In this document: in pieces, positions 41,733 through 53,087 of the stretch
Numbering within the stretch: the first letter of the stretch is position 1
Layout of the letters: each line of letters starts with the position of its first letter
IMG/VR virus record: IMGVR_UViG_3300025659_000005
Origin: an uncultured virus (IMG/VR IMGVR_UViG_3300025659_000005)
Lineage: Duplodnaviria; Heunggongvirae; Uroviricota; Caudoviricetes
Length of the DNA stretch: 64,000 nucleotides
Strand: one strand, 5' to 3'
Program-made: the position numbers and the translations under genes
Notes under the pieces: model-generated
Seen by the model: only the letters and a program-made list of their open reading frames with translations
What the model was told of the DNA's origin: nothing
The model's database searches: none

Positions 41733-43295
41733 CTAAATACTCACTAGTTGTTTTAGAAGTTGATTACACTTCTTGGACACATTTATCTTCTCCCAATCAG
41801 TTAACTGACACGAGTCGGATATATTATCTGTTATCATATTACATTCACTCCAGTCTTCATTCTTAATCAAAACCGGAAACATATACGGTTTAATTAAATA
41901 TTTTTTATTACCGGCAAGATCTGTGTAGATCATTAATAATTGATTGTTTTCAAGTTTCTTTATATCTAATAGTAATAAGTCTTTATCATCTTTAACCGTC
42001 ATACTTTTATCTATGATGGTTGATGATTTCTTACCGTCTGGTTTGGTATACTTATTAGCATTAGCATTACTAACATCTGGATTAGGATTAATATACTTTA
42101 TAATATTTTTCACACTCTTTTCATAAATCGCTTTATTCTTACTATTGTGTGAAATTGAACTAGGGCTTATTAATGGTATCACTGTGACATTATTCTCTAG
42201 AGAAAATACTTTTCCAGAAGCGGCAGTAATTTTATTTTTAATACCAAATGTTGATTTAACCTCATCACCAATTGGTACATATAGCTTTGTTGGAAAGGTT
42301 GAAAAGATTTTAGAAGTTATATTTAGACACTTGGTAATAATATCACCAGTGATTTCATTCTTATTTGAAGATTCACAAGGAATAATATTGAAGAGTGTCC
42401 ATGTTATACTTCTAGGTAACTGGTTAATTATATTTCGAACACTTAAATCTCCAATAAATGGTAATCCCTTTTCAATATCTGCTTTTCCAGGATTCAAACC
42501 AACGAAACATACATCGACTTCACCTGGTTCTTTTAGATTACTATCTAATATAACTGTTGGTTTTGCATATAAAGAACATGTTTTACATAAATCACTACTT
42601 GCTTTTGCTTCTTTGATGTTACTAATAAAACTATTTATTTCTGGACCAAATTCTTTTTTGTCTGACGTTCCTAATGTTTTTAACTGGTTTTCATCCAGCT
42701 CTTGCGGTGGTTTTACAACATCGTTATAGTTAATAAAGTCAAAGGATTTAATAGATGGTTTGTCTCCATTAAGCAACCTATCTATTTCTAAAAGATCTTC
42801 GTCCTTAATAACACCCATTTTAAATAATTTATAGTATATATTCAGGTCAAGCCTATTACATTCAATGTTGTGGACAGTTAAGAGGTAATCATGTATGAGT
42901 TTCTTTATGGTGAACTTAATGTCGTCTTTTAATGTAGCTGATTTAATATACATGTACATCTTACTATTACAACGGTTATTGATCTCCATTATATACACTA
43001 AAGATTTAATTAAAAGTCTGGTATCGTAACTATCAAATTTATAGAGATCATTCATATATGTATTAAAATACTTTATTATATAGGGAAATCCATAATTGTA
43101 ACTTAATATTCTTTTAGCAACAGTATTTTTAATATCATATTTTTCAATTAACCCAACCAATTGTTCTTCATTACGATTAGAGTTATTGATCCATTTAGTG
43201 ATTGACTTGAGTGATTCTAAGAAATTTATATTTTTCTTCTTTTTCTTCTTAACATTCTGAGTTTTCTTTCTAGATTTAGCTTTAGCCATAATCAA
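41733..43295 (-). CDS. Multidomain protein with uracil-DNA glycosylase-like domain
   Basis: CKTCSL, VCFVGLNPG, GLPFIG, NIIPC and PLISPS follow the layout of Fe-S family 4/5 UDGs. Confidence 0.65.
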   Translation of the reverse strand: MIMAKAKSRKKTQNVKKKKKKNINFLESLKSITKWINNSNRNEEQLVGLIEKYDIKNTVAKRILSYNYGFPYIIKYFNTYMNDLYKFDSYDTRLLIKSLVYIMEINNRCNSKMYMYIKSATLKDDIKFTIKKLIHDYLLTVHNIECNRLDLNIYYKLFKMGVIKDEDLLEIDRLLNGDKPSIKSFDFINYNDVVKPPQELDENQLKTLGTSDKKEFGPEINSFISNIKEAKASSDLCKTCSLYAKPTVILDSNLKEPGEVDVCFVGLNPGKADIEKGLPFIGDLSVRNIINQLPRSITWTLFNIIPCESSNKNEITGDIITKCLNITSKIFSTFPTKLYVPIGDEVKSTFGIKNKITAASGKVFSLENNVTVIPLISPSSISHNSKNKAIYEKSVKNIIKYINPNPDVSNANANKYTKPDGKKSSTIIDKSMTVKDDKDLLLLDIKKLENNQLLMIYTDLAGNKKYLIKPYMFPVLIKNEDWSECNMITDNISDSCQLTDWEKINVSKKCNQLLKQLVSI

Positions 43296-43909
43296 TTACT
43301 CTTCAAATATTTTTTTATTAATAACGGCAAGATTCTCTTGATCATATAATAAAGCTCTTAATTGCTTTATTTGTGGAACACTAGCAAATACTTTATTTAT
43401 CACACTTATAGATTTTTCTTTATCAAAAGATTCAATTTTAAGATCTTCATAACTATCAAAATCAATTGGGTAATAGCTTTTAATTAAACTACTACTATAA
43501 ATTTTCTCAAAACTATCTCTAGAGACATGACCAATAAAATGTATAAAATCAGATTCATCTTTTTCGTCACATATCTTCTTTAAAAGAATACAATCATTTA
43601 GATTTTTGAGTGTTAGATCTTCTTCTATAATATTAACATTTTGTTTACTCTTATGATTACTTTCAGCTTCTTGTAAGTCTAATTCAAGTTTCTCTACAAA
43701 ACATTTTATACAAGTAATCTCATCTTCAACACCATTATATATTATATTTCCATCACCATCATATATGTCACCGTTAACATTTATCACATCTGAAGGTTTT
43801 TTGTAATTAGATCCACATGAATCACATTGATAGACGGTTACTTTTCCCATGCGAACTCTCCTAATTTTAAAAATATTTGACGACCCTTTTACAGGTCGCC
43901 AAAATAATA

Positions 43910-44215
43910 CTATTTTTGAACTAACGTAGCTACAATCTCTGTGACTATGCTAGAATCTGTTCTTCGTGTTTGATTTTTACCTTCAATATATACTTTGTCA
44001 CCTTTTTTGAAATTTTTACACAATTCGGCTTGTCTTCCCCAAGCTACTATTTTATGTCTCTCATATTTTTCAACTTTTACCTTCTCTATATTTGTATAAC
44101 TTTCATCAGTGACAACTAGTAAGTTAGCTACTGTTTTTCCATTATTTGTCTCACCTATATTTGGGTCTTTATCTAACTTACCCACTATAATTACTTTGTT
44201 TATGTTAAGATTCAC
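43910..44215 (-). CDS. ssb: Single-stranded DNA-binding protein (no acidic tail)
   Basis: INKVIIVGKLDKDP, IVAWGRQAE, KGDKVYIEG and TEIVA. Confidence 0.88.
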   Translation of the reverse strand: MNLNINKVIIVGKLDKDPNIGETNNGKTVANLLVVTDESYTNIEKVKVEKYERHKIVAWGRQAELCKNFKKGDKVYIEGKNQTRRTDSSIVTEIVATLVQK

Positions 44216-44298
44216 CGGAGGTTCTCCTTTGCACTCTAAATGAGAAGAATATTAAATTGAGTGACCACAATTGGCCACCCAATTTGTTACCGGTGTGT

Positions 44299-44841
44299 TT
44301 AACTACCAAGACCATTCAGGATATTACCAACGATATCATTGATTGACGCCTTCACAACTGATGCTCGTCCAGCACCGCCACCGGGACGAGTATCTTCGGG
44401 ACGAGATAGATGTTCAGTGATATAAGCATCAACAGTTGCTAAACTAGCAGCATCATCACCACATGCTTCTCTCAACTGTTTTTTTGTTTCCATCAGTACA
44501 CGATTCACCTGATGTTTTGTAATACCACGAGCTTCGGCAATTTCCGTATATGACATATTCTTGACATTTGCCACAACAAATTCCGTATCTTCCGGAGTCA
44601 TCTGACGGTTTGGTTTCTTTCGTGCTTTCTTCACTTCAACCGGAGCAGCAGGTACAGCATCAACTACGGGAGCTGCAACAGGAGCGGCCACTGGGGCTGC
44701 AACGGGAGCTGCTTCAACTGCGGGAGCGGCTGGGGCTGCAACGGGAGCTGCAACAGGAGCTGCTTCTGCGGGGGCTGCGGGGGCTGCTTCGACTACGGGC
44801 TTAATTTTGGGCATAAATGAGGGTCTGGTTGCCATTGCCAT
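44299..44841 (-). CDS. Ala/Pro-repeat HTH protein
   Basis: (PVAA)n repeats at about 44640-44797, then the HTH SYTEIAEARGITKHQVNRVL. Confidence 0.7.
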   Translation of the reverse strand: MAMATRPSFMPKIKPVVEAAPAAPAEAAPVAAPVAAPAAPAVEAAPVAAPVAAPVAAPVVDAVPAAPVEVKKARKKPNRQMTPEDTEFVVANVKNMSYTEIAEARGITKHQVNRVLMETKKQLREACGDDAASLATVDAYITEHLSRPEDTRPGGGAGRASVVKASINDIVGNILNGLGS

Positions 44842-44867
44842 AATTTAAATCTCCTTTAAAAATCTCT

Positions 44868-46616
44868 TTACATTAAATTTTTTAGACTTAGGTCTGTTAA
44901 CATTAATTGCTTTCTTGTTTCGGTACTATTAACGACAGTATTAACAATATCCATCGTATCTGGGTACTTGATTACATATTCTCTACCTTTTCTTATGACA
45001 ATCTCTAGTTGGTCTGGATTCATTTCTCCAAGACCTTTAAACCTTTTGATTTCATAATTCTGGGCCCGATACTTTTCGGTTTCCTCTATCTCATATAATG
45101 GTACAAAAGTTTTTCCTTTAACCGCACCGTATAGTGGCGGTAGGAGTATACTTACACGATCTTCTTTTATCATATCACTAGCAAACTTACTCATAAAGAG
45201 GGTTGCTAATAGATTAATATGAAGACCGTCCGAGTCTGCGTCACTCAGTAGCTTTACTTTCTTATACCTGCGCCTCCCTTCTGGGCCTAATGCCTCCAAT
45301 AATTGTTTAATCTCTTGATTTTGACCAATTTTGATTGCTGAACCTTTTTCCACATTCATCATCTTTCCTTTAAGTGGAAAAGAAGCTTCTGTGGATTTGT
45401 TCCGAATAACCTTAAGAGTACCATCAGCAGAATCACCTTCGACGATATATAATATGTCTCCTGGTGATTTACTACAATCTCTTAATTTATTCTTGTTTGA
45501 TATTCTCTTACTACTAGCTCTAGATATAATTTTTTTGGTTATTTTAGTTTCTAATAAATCTGTAAGAGTATTCATAATATCAGAGCTGGTAAGAATTTTA
45601 GTTAATCTTTTTTCAATAGTTTTAAGATATGGTTTAATATTTGTTTTCATTCGTGATTTAACTTGAGCATCAAATTTTGGTTTCTCTAAAGTAAGATTAA
45701 TATAACATCGAAGACCAGTTAGAAATTCTTTATTATTAAGACTTCTAAATCTGCGATCGATATTATTCGCAATGATATCTTTAATCATTGTACTAGTGTT
45801 TGTAATATATGTACCATCACTAGTGCGTAGATTAACATCACCTACAATTATACTATCTTTGGCATTGATATACGTTAAGTATATTCTTAATTTTTCAACA
45901 CCAAATACTTCTTCGATTGAATACATTTGAGTGTCATCATTTATAGACAATACATTTCGAACATATTCATATAAAGTGATCTTTGGAATCTCTGTTTCAT
46001 TTACAAAGAATTGTGCATGATCATGTACTGATTGAGATAAAAGTAATCGACTAACGACTTGTTCTACATCAAATGTAACACTGTCGAAATACTTTAGATC
46101 CGGTTTAAATCCAACTTGAGTTGAAAACGTTTCACCAGCATAATCAGTTATATTGTGTTCTGATGGGACTGAATCAATGAAGATATATTCATGTATTTTA
46201 TTATCTTTCTTAATTCGAACAACTAACCATTCAGAAAATGCATTAACGGCTACTAAGCCGACACCATGCATACCAATCTGAATTTTATAATCTACTATAT
46301 TTTTTTGTCGAAATTTAGATCCAGAGAATAGTTTGGTACACAATAATTCAATACTATCTTTCATCTCTTTTGTATCTGGATCTTGTGTGATACCAATTTT
46401 TAATCCTCTACCATTATCAGTAACCCAGAACTCATTTGATTCGTCAATAAAAACTTCACCGATTGTAGCAAATTTATTAACAACTTCATCTAGCATATTA
46501 TCAATTACTTCAACAGCTAAATGATCAGGAGTTTCTGTATCACCAATAAACATTCCTGGGTTTGTTCGAACCGCAGTAATGCTATCGAGGGCAACATAAT
46601 CTTGTTGTTTTACCAT
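44868..46616 (-). CDS. Type IIA topoisomerase B subunit
   Basis: PGMFIG, EVIDNMLDE, DNGRG, GMHGVG, VEGDSA, DADSDG and RFKGLGEMNP; start moved to the Met after GGAG. Confidence 0.93.
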   Translation of the reverse strand: MVKQQDYVALDSITAVRTNPGMFIGDTETPDHLAVEVIDNMLDEVVNKFATIGEVFIDESNEFWVTDNGRGLKIGITQDPDTKEMKDSIELLCTKLFSGSKFRQKNIVDYKIQIGMHGVGLVAVNAFSEWLVVRIKKDNKIHEYIFIDSVPSEHNITDYAGETFSTQVGFKPDLKYFDSVTFDVEQVVSRLLLSQSVHDHAQFFVNETEIPKITLYEYVRNVLSINDDTQMYSIEEVFGVEKLRIYLTYINAKDSIIVGDVNLRTSDGTYITNTSTMIKDIIANNIDRRFRSLNNKEFLTGLRCYINLTLEKPKFDAQVKSRMKTNIKPYLKTIEKRLTKILTSSDIMNTLTDLLETKITKKIISRASSKRISNKNKLRDCSKSPGDILYIVEGDSADGTLKVIRNKSTEASFPLKGKMMNVEKGSAIKIGQNQEIKQLLEALGPEGRRRYKKVKLLSDADSDGLHINLLATLFMSKFASDMIKEDRVSILLPPLYGAVKGKTFVPLYEIEETEKYRAQNYEIKRFKGLGEMNPDQLEIVIRKGREYVIKYPDTMDIVNTVVNSTETRKQLMLTDLSLKNLM

Positions 46617-46698
46617 TTTTACTCCTACACATATACTAAAAACATAATAAGAACAAAAATTACCCACAAAAAGTTAAAGTTACTATTGTAACTATACA

Positions 46699-46724
46699 TA
46701 TTATTTCTATATTAAAATCGAGAA
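46699..46724 (-). promoter_or_regulatory. Conserved promoter-like motif (copy 5)
   Basis: TTCTCGATTTTAATATAGAAATAATA upstream of the topo B gene. Confidence 0.7.
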
Positions 46725-47212
46725 TATAAAATTTTAGTGCAAACTCTTTGCGAAAATAATTGGAAGACGTGTTAATTCTTACGAAAATTCGTAATTAGAA
46801 CTAAATTCTTCTTCCGATGCTGGAATAGCATTTTGACAGGCTCTTCCAAGTTTCCCACATTCTTTGAATTTCTGACAGATTACACATGAGTATGATGGAT
46901 TCATTCTTTCTAGATCTTTTTCTTGAAGTCCACGATATTTTTGTGAAAGCTTTTTGAATTGATTGTTAAAATCTTCTTCAAATGTTCCCATAATTTTCCT
47001 TTTGTTTTTTAAGTGAATTTTCAACTTGTTGCATAGCCCAATCTAATTTATCTTCAGGTATCATATCTATTACATCGTTTATATCAGCATCTAAATTTTC
47101 ATGCGAATACATACGTTTAAACATTAATATCCAATTTTCTGGTAATTGTACTAATGAATCTTTTAGATAGCTTTTTGCAAAATCTTGAATTTGATTGTTC
47201 ATTTTTACTCCT

Positions 47213-48124
47213 TCACATGATATTACTAAGATTTCTTTGGTAAAATAACCATACTGGAAAAATGAAATTATAAAGATATACTTTCGGATCTATTTGACTG
47301 TTCTTCCAATGATACTTTTCATACTTTCCGGTTGTATTTAAGACTCTTTTATTATCACTACAATAATAGTAATCTTCTAAAAGAGTCGTAAGATTATTTT
47401 TACGAATAAATTTGAAGCTTACTGAGTTGTATATTTTATTAATATTAGATATGTCTACTACGACACCTTTAAATAAGTCTTCATAAAATTCATATATTTT
47501 AGGTGGAACATGTTTGTAGATACCTTTAACTTTTAATTTCTGATCTTTTTCACTCCAATACCAACTAGTATGATTACATCTGATATAATAATTATATTGT
47601 TTAATATGGAATTTAAATCCGGCTCTTGTAATAAACTCCTGAAATGGTGTAGTGATTTCACAGTTTTCAATGTTATTATCCGTGGTGATGATTAGGCATC
47701 CATCTTTCTCAAATTCTAAGAGTGAAATGTCATTTGAGTCTTGTCTATCGAATATAAAACCAAGGATAACCATCTTACTAATTATGTTCAAAGTCTTTAG
47801 ATAATGAGTGGTCTTTAGGGTGTTTGCAATATATATGTTTTTTTCTCTTTTATCGGCAAGAGCTTCTATTTGTGTCACGAAATCTGGATTCTCTTCTGAG
47901 AATAGGAATCTACAAATTGTTGGAAAACAACCAGTAATATCAACATCTAATAATTTTTGATCTTGATCCTTTTGGTAGAAACTGATATATTGATTATTTT
48001 CGTCAGCAAGTAACCACCTCATAGGTTTATCAATTTTAAATATGTTTTTGTGTTCTGATGGAAATTGAGAGATCCGGCTGTATTGCCGGATCATCTCCTC
48101 AAAATTAGATTCGGCTGAGGCCAT
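47213..48124 (-). CDS. Small DNA polymerase-like (palm domain) protein, putative
   Basis: DVDITGCFP (motif A-like), FEKDG (motif C-like) and KVKG. Confidence 0.45.
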   Translation of the reverse strand: MASAESNFEEMIRQYSRISQFPSEHKNIFKIDKPMRWLLADENNQYISFYQKDQDQKLLDVDITGCFPTICRFLFSEENPDFVTQIEALADKREKNIYIANTLKTTHYLKTLNIISKMVILGFIFDRQDSNDISLLEFEKDGCLIITTDNNIENCEITTPFQEFITRAGFKFHIKQYNYYIRCNHTSWYWSEKDQKLKVKGIYKHVPPKIYEFYEDLFKGVVVDISNINKIYNSVSFKFIRKNNLTTLLEDYYYCSDNKRVLNTTGKYEKYHWKNSQIDPKVYLYNFIFPVWLFYQRNLSNIM

Positions 48125-50161
48125 AAGTAATCTCTAAGTTAGTAACCCACAATGTTTACATATTCTCCCTTCTTCAAATGATTCACATTTTGAAGTGTCT
48201 TGGCCGTAAAAACTAATGAAATAATTACGATCACATTTAATACCACCTTTATAGTGAGTACATTTTACACAAATAAAAGGATCACCTGGAATATATTTTA
48301 CTGGTTCACATTTTTCATATATCATTCTTCTTCAATCCTATCTTGATTTATTAAACGCATCATAGCCTCTTCATCTTCGTCATCTGTACGTACAACTGTA
48401 AAAACTGGAATTCGATCCCAATTTTCACAAGCAACAGTAGTTTCGAATGTTGAAAGCAATTTGATTTGAGCTTTATCAGTTAAATCATCAAAATATATTT
48501 CGACAGTTTGCATTATACTTCACCATTAAAATCGGCATAAAATACAATTGATCTTTTTAATGCTATATCAAAATTATAAGGATTACCAAAATACTCGATA
48601 TCATCAATATTTTCTCCAATGACAATCATTCCATATTCTTCTGGATCAAGATTTTTTACGAAACTACTAATAGCTTCTATATCTTCATCCATTTCACTCC
48701 AAGTACATGACTCATAAAAAACTGCTTTTATGAATCCATCTTTTGTAAGTTGTTTCCTATCTGGTTCTTCAAGTTTTTCAACAAGTTTAGTAAACTCTTT
48801 TGCATATTCTTCTTTTACAGCGATTGCTACATCAGATCTGTATCCCATTATATATGCCTATTAAAATTTCGAGGGTGACTTTCTAAGTGTCTATCTTTCC
48901 ATTGTTCGTAAAGATAATCACCTCTTTCATCTTCATAATCTTTTTGTGCTTGTATTGCTTCTTCATCTGTTTCAAAACTACAAGGTCTTGGTCCTTGACT
49001 TTTCTTATGACCACATTCTCCAGACCACAGTTCACTTGGACAGCTGCCAGAATAACAAATTTTAATCACCTTCCTTTCTGACGATTTTCATATTATTTTG
49101 TGCCGCTTCCAATAATATACTAGAAGAAGCATCTTCACCAATCCTATCAAATTCTTTGATTTTTCTAGTATCAAATTTATAAACATATGCATGTTCTTTA
49201 GCTTCTGGATGTTTTAATTTCTTTTCAAAGACTTCCATTAAAATAATCGATTGATAATTATTTATTGTGTAATAACAAATATGTTTTTCACTATCAATAT
49301 CTTCTGTTTCTTCATTAAAGATTATCATGTCATATTCCTTTATTCAACCCAGTCTTTAGGTAGAAAGGTTTCTTTACGCCAATATTTCAATTTTCTTGTT
49401 GGAAACAGATCATCAGCTTCTAGATTAATCATACCAGTTGAACTAATTATTATAAATGGTGTTTCATTCTTTTCAAAATAATCAGCAATCAAATAAATAT
49501 CAGATTCTTTAAATGACATTTCTACTATTTGAGACTTACTTATGAATTTTATAATGAGCATAATTTATTATCTCCAAAGCTTACAAGATGGTTCTTTACT
49601 AGCATAACCAATACCACTTATAAGAAATACTGATCCAGGATTAAAATGTATACATTCAATAGAACAATTTTTAAAATTATTTATAGCACACTTGGAAGCT
49701 AACATTTCATTTGTAAGTTGATCTAGTCTTTTTGTTAATTCAATCTTTTGATTTTCAAATTCTTTAGTTTCTTTTTCTCTAGATTTTTGTAATTGATTTT
49801 TAAACCATTTAAATGGATTCATTCAAATCACCTATTGACTTTACCAAGAAGTTTCTCAATTTTAATAAGTAAATCACTATTTTGTTTTAATTGATAATAC
49901 AGATCGTCTGTTAGACTTTCAATTTCGTCAACTAAATGTTTTCTTGAAACTTTGTCATTAACAAATTGAAGTTTTCTCACTCTATTAGTAATCATTCTTT
50001 TTGTACCAACAAAGCTACGATATTTTGTTTGCCAATAAATATCATCATATGAATATCTTGGATATTTATCATAGATATCTGCAATAGTTTTACCTTTTGC
50101 TAACAACTGATTCATTTTAATTAATGTATTAGTTTTTATTTTCATTTTGTCTCCTCCGATA

Positions 50162-50594
50162 CTAGATCTCGCCCCACGTTTTAGATCAACTTTCAAACAC
50201 AACATTATCTTTATCAATAATTACTTTAAGACTAATACAGTCTATTAGATTGGTTTTTAAGTATATAGGTTTTGTTTCAGATACAACGGTTTTAGAATTA
50301 ATTTTAAATTCAACTTCTTCACACAATTTCTCTATTATTGGTTTTATATTTTGTTCCATCTAATTCACCAGATCTTACCGTGACGTTTTAATCCATCACA
50401 ACAATATGTGGAAGATTATCATCTATTTCTGCAAAAATTTCTAATTTAGTTTTATCATTACCAATCAGTGTAATACAATTAATAGATTCATCTTTCTTAA
50501 TTTTTATTCCATGAATTTTAAAAAATTCTTTAAGTTTTTTACTTTTATTCGCTATTTCCATATTTGTCTCCAGATCTTGCCCCACGTTTTAGAC
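50162..50594 (-). repeat. Three gene-junction repeat copies (50162-50186, 50368-50395, 50569-50594) about 200 bp apart
   Basis: TCTAAAACGTGGGGCGAGATCTAG, GATTAAAACGTCACGGTAAGATCTGG and GTCTAAAACGTGGGGCAAGATCTGGAG, each between a stop codon and the next start. Confidence 0.85.
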
Positions 50595-50595
50595 A

Positions 50596-51597
50596 TCATA
50601 ATTGTGCTTTACAACAGGCTTCAATGACCTCATAAAGACAACTAATTAAATGTAGGTATGTGAACTTTTTGTTGTCCATTGTTTCGTAATACCTGACTAC
50701 GATCATTTTGGCTGGTAACAAGTCGATGTTATTAATGATCTCACTGAAAACTGTATCAAAATCAATATCCCAGTTATTATTAAGTAATGTCACAAAGTTA
50801 ACGTAATCTTGAGCTATAATACTATTAGTTGGAAAGTATAAACACTGTTTCTTTAATTTACTGTTATTCATCTTTAAAATACTTTTGGTAATAACTAAGA
50901 ACAAACTAATAATACTTTCTTCAATCTCTGTATTGCCTATAAGATCTGAAAAGACAATCTTTTTATTGTTAGATATATAACTTATTTGTAATTGATTTAA
51001 TATGTCACGCAAACCTTTCTGATAATTATTCTCGACATAAATTCCGAGTTGTTCTTCATCAAAGTCGGCTTCTTCTTCTTTCAAAATCCGATCAATTTGA
51101 TTGAACAGGTTTAATTTATCAAATGAATCTAGATTAAATTTATATGTAAATCGACTAAAAAGTGCTGGATCAAGTTTACGAGGATGATTTGTTGCAGCTA
51201 AGAATACACACGTTTCTACATGTTTTTCCATTAATCCATCTTTCAATGTCACCTGAGCTGCCTTACTCAATTTATCTATTTCTTCAATGTAGACTATGTT
51301 ATGTTTACTCTTATTAGGACTTTTTCCAACCCAATTCTTTAGCTCATCCACTTCAGTTACAGAACGAGTTTTCATACGGAAAAGATCTGACTGTGTTTTT
51401 ATAATATGTCGGATAAGAATCTCTATAAGAGTTGTTTTTCCAAGACCTGGTGCTCCATAGAGTAATAAATTCCCGTCAATTCTTCCAGTTTCTAACCAAC
51501 TTGTAACAAGATTTTTGTGTTGATCATTATTAAACACATAATTCTCTATCGTAGCTGGTTGGTGTTTCTTTATCCAAGCACAATTCTTATCTAACAT
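50596..51597 (-). CDS. Clamp loader AAA+ subunit (gp44/RFC-like)
   Basis: WIKKHQP, LLYGAPGLGKTT, EEIDKLS and ALFSRF. Confidence 0.88.
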   Translation of the reverse strand: MLDKNCAWIKKHQPATIENYVFNNDQHKNLVTSWLETGRIDGNLLLYGAPGLGKTTLIEILIRHIIKTQSDLFRMKTRSVTEVDELKNWVGKSPNKSKHNIVYIEEIDKLSKAAQVTLKDGLMEKHVETCVFLAATNHPRKLDPALFSRFTYKFNLDSFDKLNLFNQIDRILKEEEADFDEEQLGIYVENNYQKGLRDILNQLQISYISNNKKIVFSDLIGNTEIEESIISLFLVITKSILKMNNSKLKKQCLYFPTNSIIAQDYVNFVTLLNNNWDIDFDTVFSEIINNIDLLPAKMIVVRYYETMDNKKFTYLHLISCLYEVIEACCKAQL

Positions 51598-52153
51598 CTT
51601 TTCTCCTATATTTTCTTCCAGTTAAATGTGACCAAGTTCTTCCTGTATTAATATTAGTTATTGATACTCCTGATACTTTAAATTTTTTAGCAATATTATT
51701 GTGTGAAACACCAATATTTAATAACTCTATTATTTCTAAAACCTCATCTTCTATTAATATAGAGTTTGTAATATCACTTCCTTTATTTTGTCGATTTTTA
51801 TTTTTTTGATCTTTTAAATTATCTTGAATAGTTCCTACCCATAAATGTTTAGGATTAACACAAGATGGATTGTCACAACTATGAAGAACTTGTAAACCTT
51901 CTGGAATTGGACCATTAAAACATTCATATATAAATCTATGAGTTCCAAATTGGTCATATTTAATACTAAAACGACCGTAACCAGATCCGTGTCCACTTTT
52001 AGCACCAATCCATTCCATACAAGAATCTAAATCATCAGATCCATCATCAAGTTTCTTTACATTCACTTTTGACCAAAATCGTTCTAGTACATCATTACCA
52101 TATCCCATTTGATTATAGTATGGTTTTGTATTGTCATACATTTTTATCTCCAA
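51587..52153 (-). CDS. Free-standing HNH homing endonuclease
   Basis: RFWSKV, CMEW, HRF, HSCDNPSCVNPKHL and a C-terminal HTH. Confidence 0.9.
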   Translation of the reverse strand: MEIKMYDNTKPYYNQMGYGNDVLERFWSKVNVKKLDDGSDDLDSCMEWIGAKSGHGSGYGRFSIKYDQFGTHRFIYECFNGPIPEGLQVLHSCDNPSCVNPKHLWVGTIQDNLKDQKNKNRQNKGSDITNSILIEDEVLEIIELLNIGVSHNNIAKKFKVSGVSITNINTGRTWSHLTGRKYRRKDVR

Positions 52154-52806
52154 TCTTTTCTCATATTAAATAATCCACATCCTCAACCGGAGGTGGAATT
52201 ATGTTAGAAGATTAACAAGCATTAAATCTAGCTACTCTCCAGTTATAGATAACTGTAAATACATATACTCCTATAAGTATTAGTGTAATACCAATACTTT
52301 CAATCATGTAACACATGGTTATAGCAAATCCAATTAATGTAATTTTATAAAGTATAATTCCAAAAAATCCTAATCTTACATATATGAGATTAACAATTGG
52401 ATTGAACTCACCATCAGTACCATAGTTATTGAATATTATTTTAGTCTGGATTAGATCTATTATATTTAAAACAATCAATATGATTATTAAACTATTTAGA
52501 ATCATTATTATATCCTAACCCTTTAGATTTATGTTTGATACTATTATAAATAAATTCTTTTTCCATCATGTGTGAAAAATATTTGTGTTTGTGTAGGTAT
52601 TTCGGTATATTGTGATTCACATGTTTTGCAATAATTAGTTTTAACTAATTTACATTTTAATACTACACTATCATCTTCATTAACCTGTTCATGACCACAT
52701 TTACAAATTACTCGATATTTGTGTTTAGTAAATTCATTTTTCATTATTCATTGTCTCCATTTAAAAAGCCTCCTGTCTATTTATATTTAAAAATAATGAT
52801 TATTTA

Positions 52807-52834
52807 TATTATTTCTATATAAAAACAGAGAAAA
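52807..52834 (-). promoter_or_regulatory. Conserved promoter-like motif (copy 6)
   Basis: TTTTCTCTGTTTTTATATAGAAATAATA. Confidence 0.7.
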
Positions 52835-52842
52835 TATAAATT

Positions 52843-52866
52843 ACCCGACTGCCGAAGCAGCCGGGT
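52843..52866 (-). terminator. Terminator hairpin
   Basis: ACCCGGCTGC-TTCG-GCAGTCGGGT on the minus strand. Confidence 0.75.
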
Positions 52867-53087
52867 CTTTGTGATGATTTATTCGTAATCATGAATATTT
52901 TTTCTTGAAAACACAAAATCTTCAAAAGCACCATTTGGACTTTCTGGACTATCTGGATTGTCTTCACTTGGATCTTGATTTCTAGCAAAAGATGCCATAA
53001 GATCCTTTTCAGGAGTTAGAGATAAATTAATTACAAAATCCCCAATTCTAATTTCGCTTTCTTCATTTTCTTCAATGTCTAATTCTT

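Noticed and set aside
42145..42729. Plus-strand 194-aa ORF and similar antisense ORFs
   Set aside because: Shadow frames of well-supported minus-strand genes, with no motifs.
50162..50594. CRISPR array interpretation of the junction repeats
   Set aside because: The intervening segments are about 180 bp ORFs, the repeats are degenerate, and no cas genes were seen.
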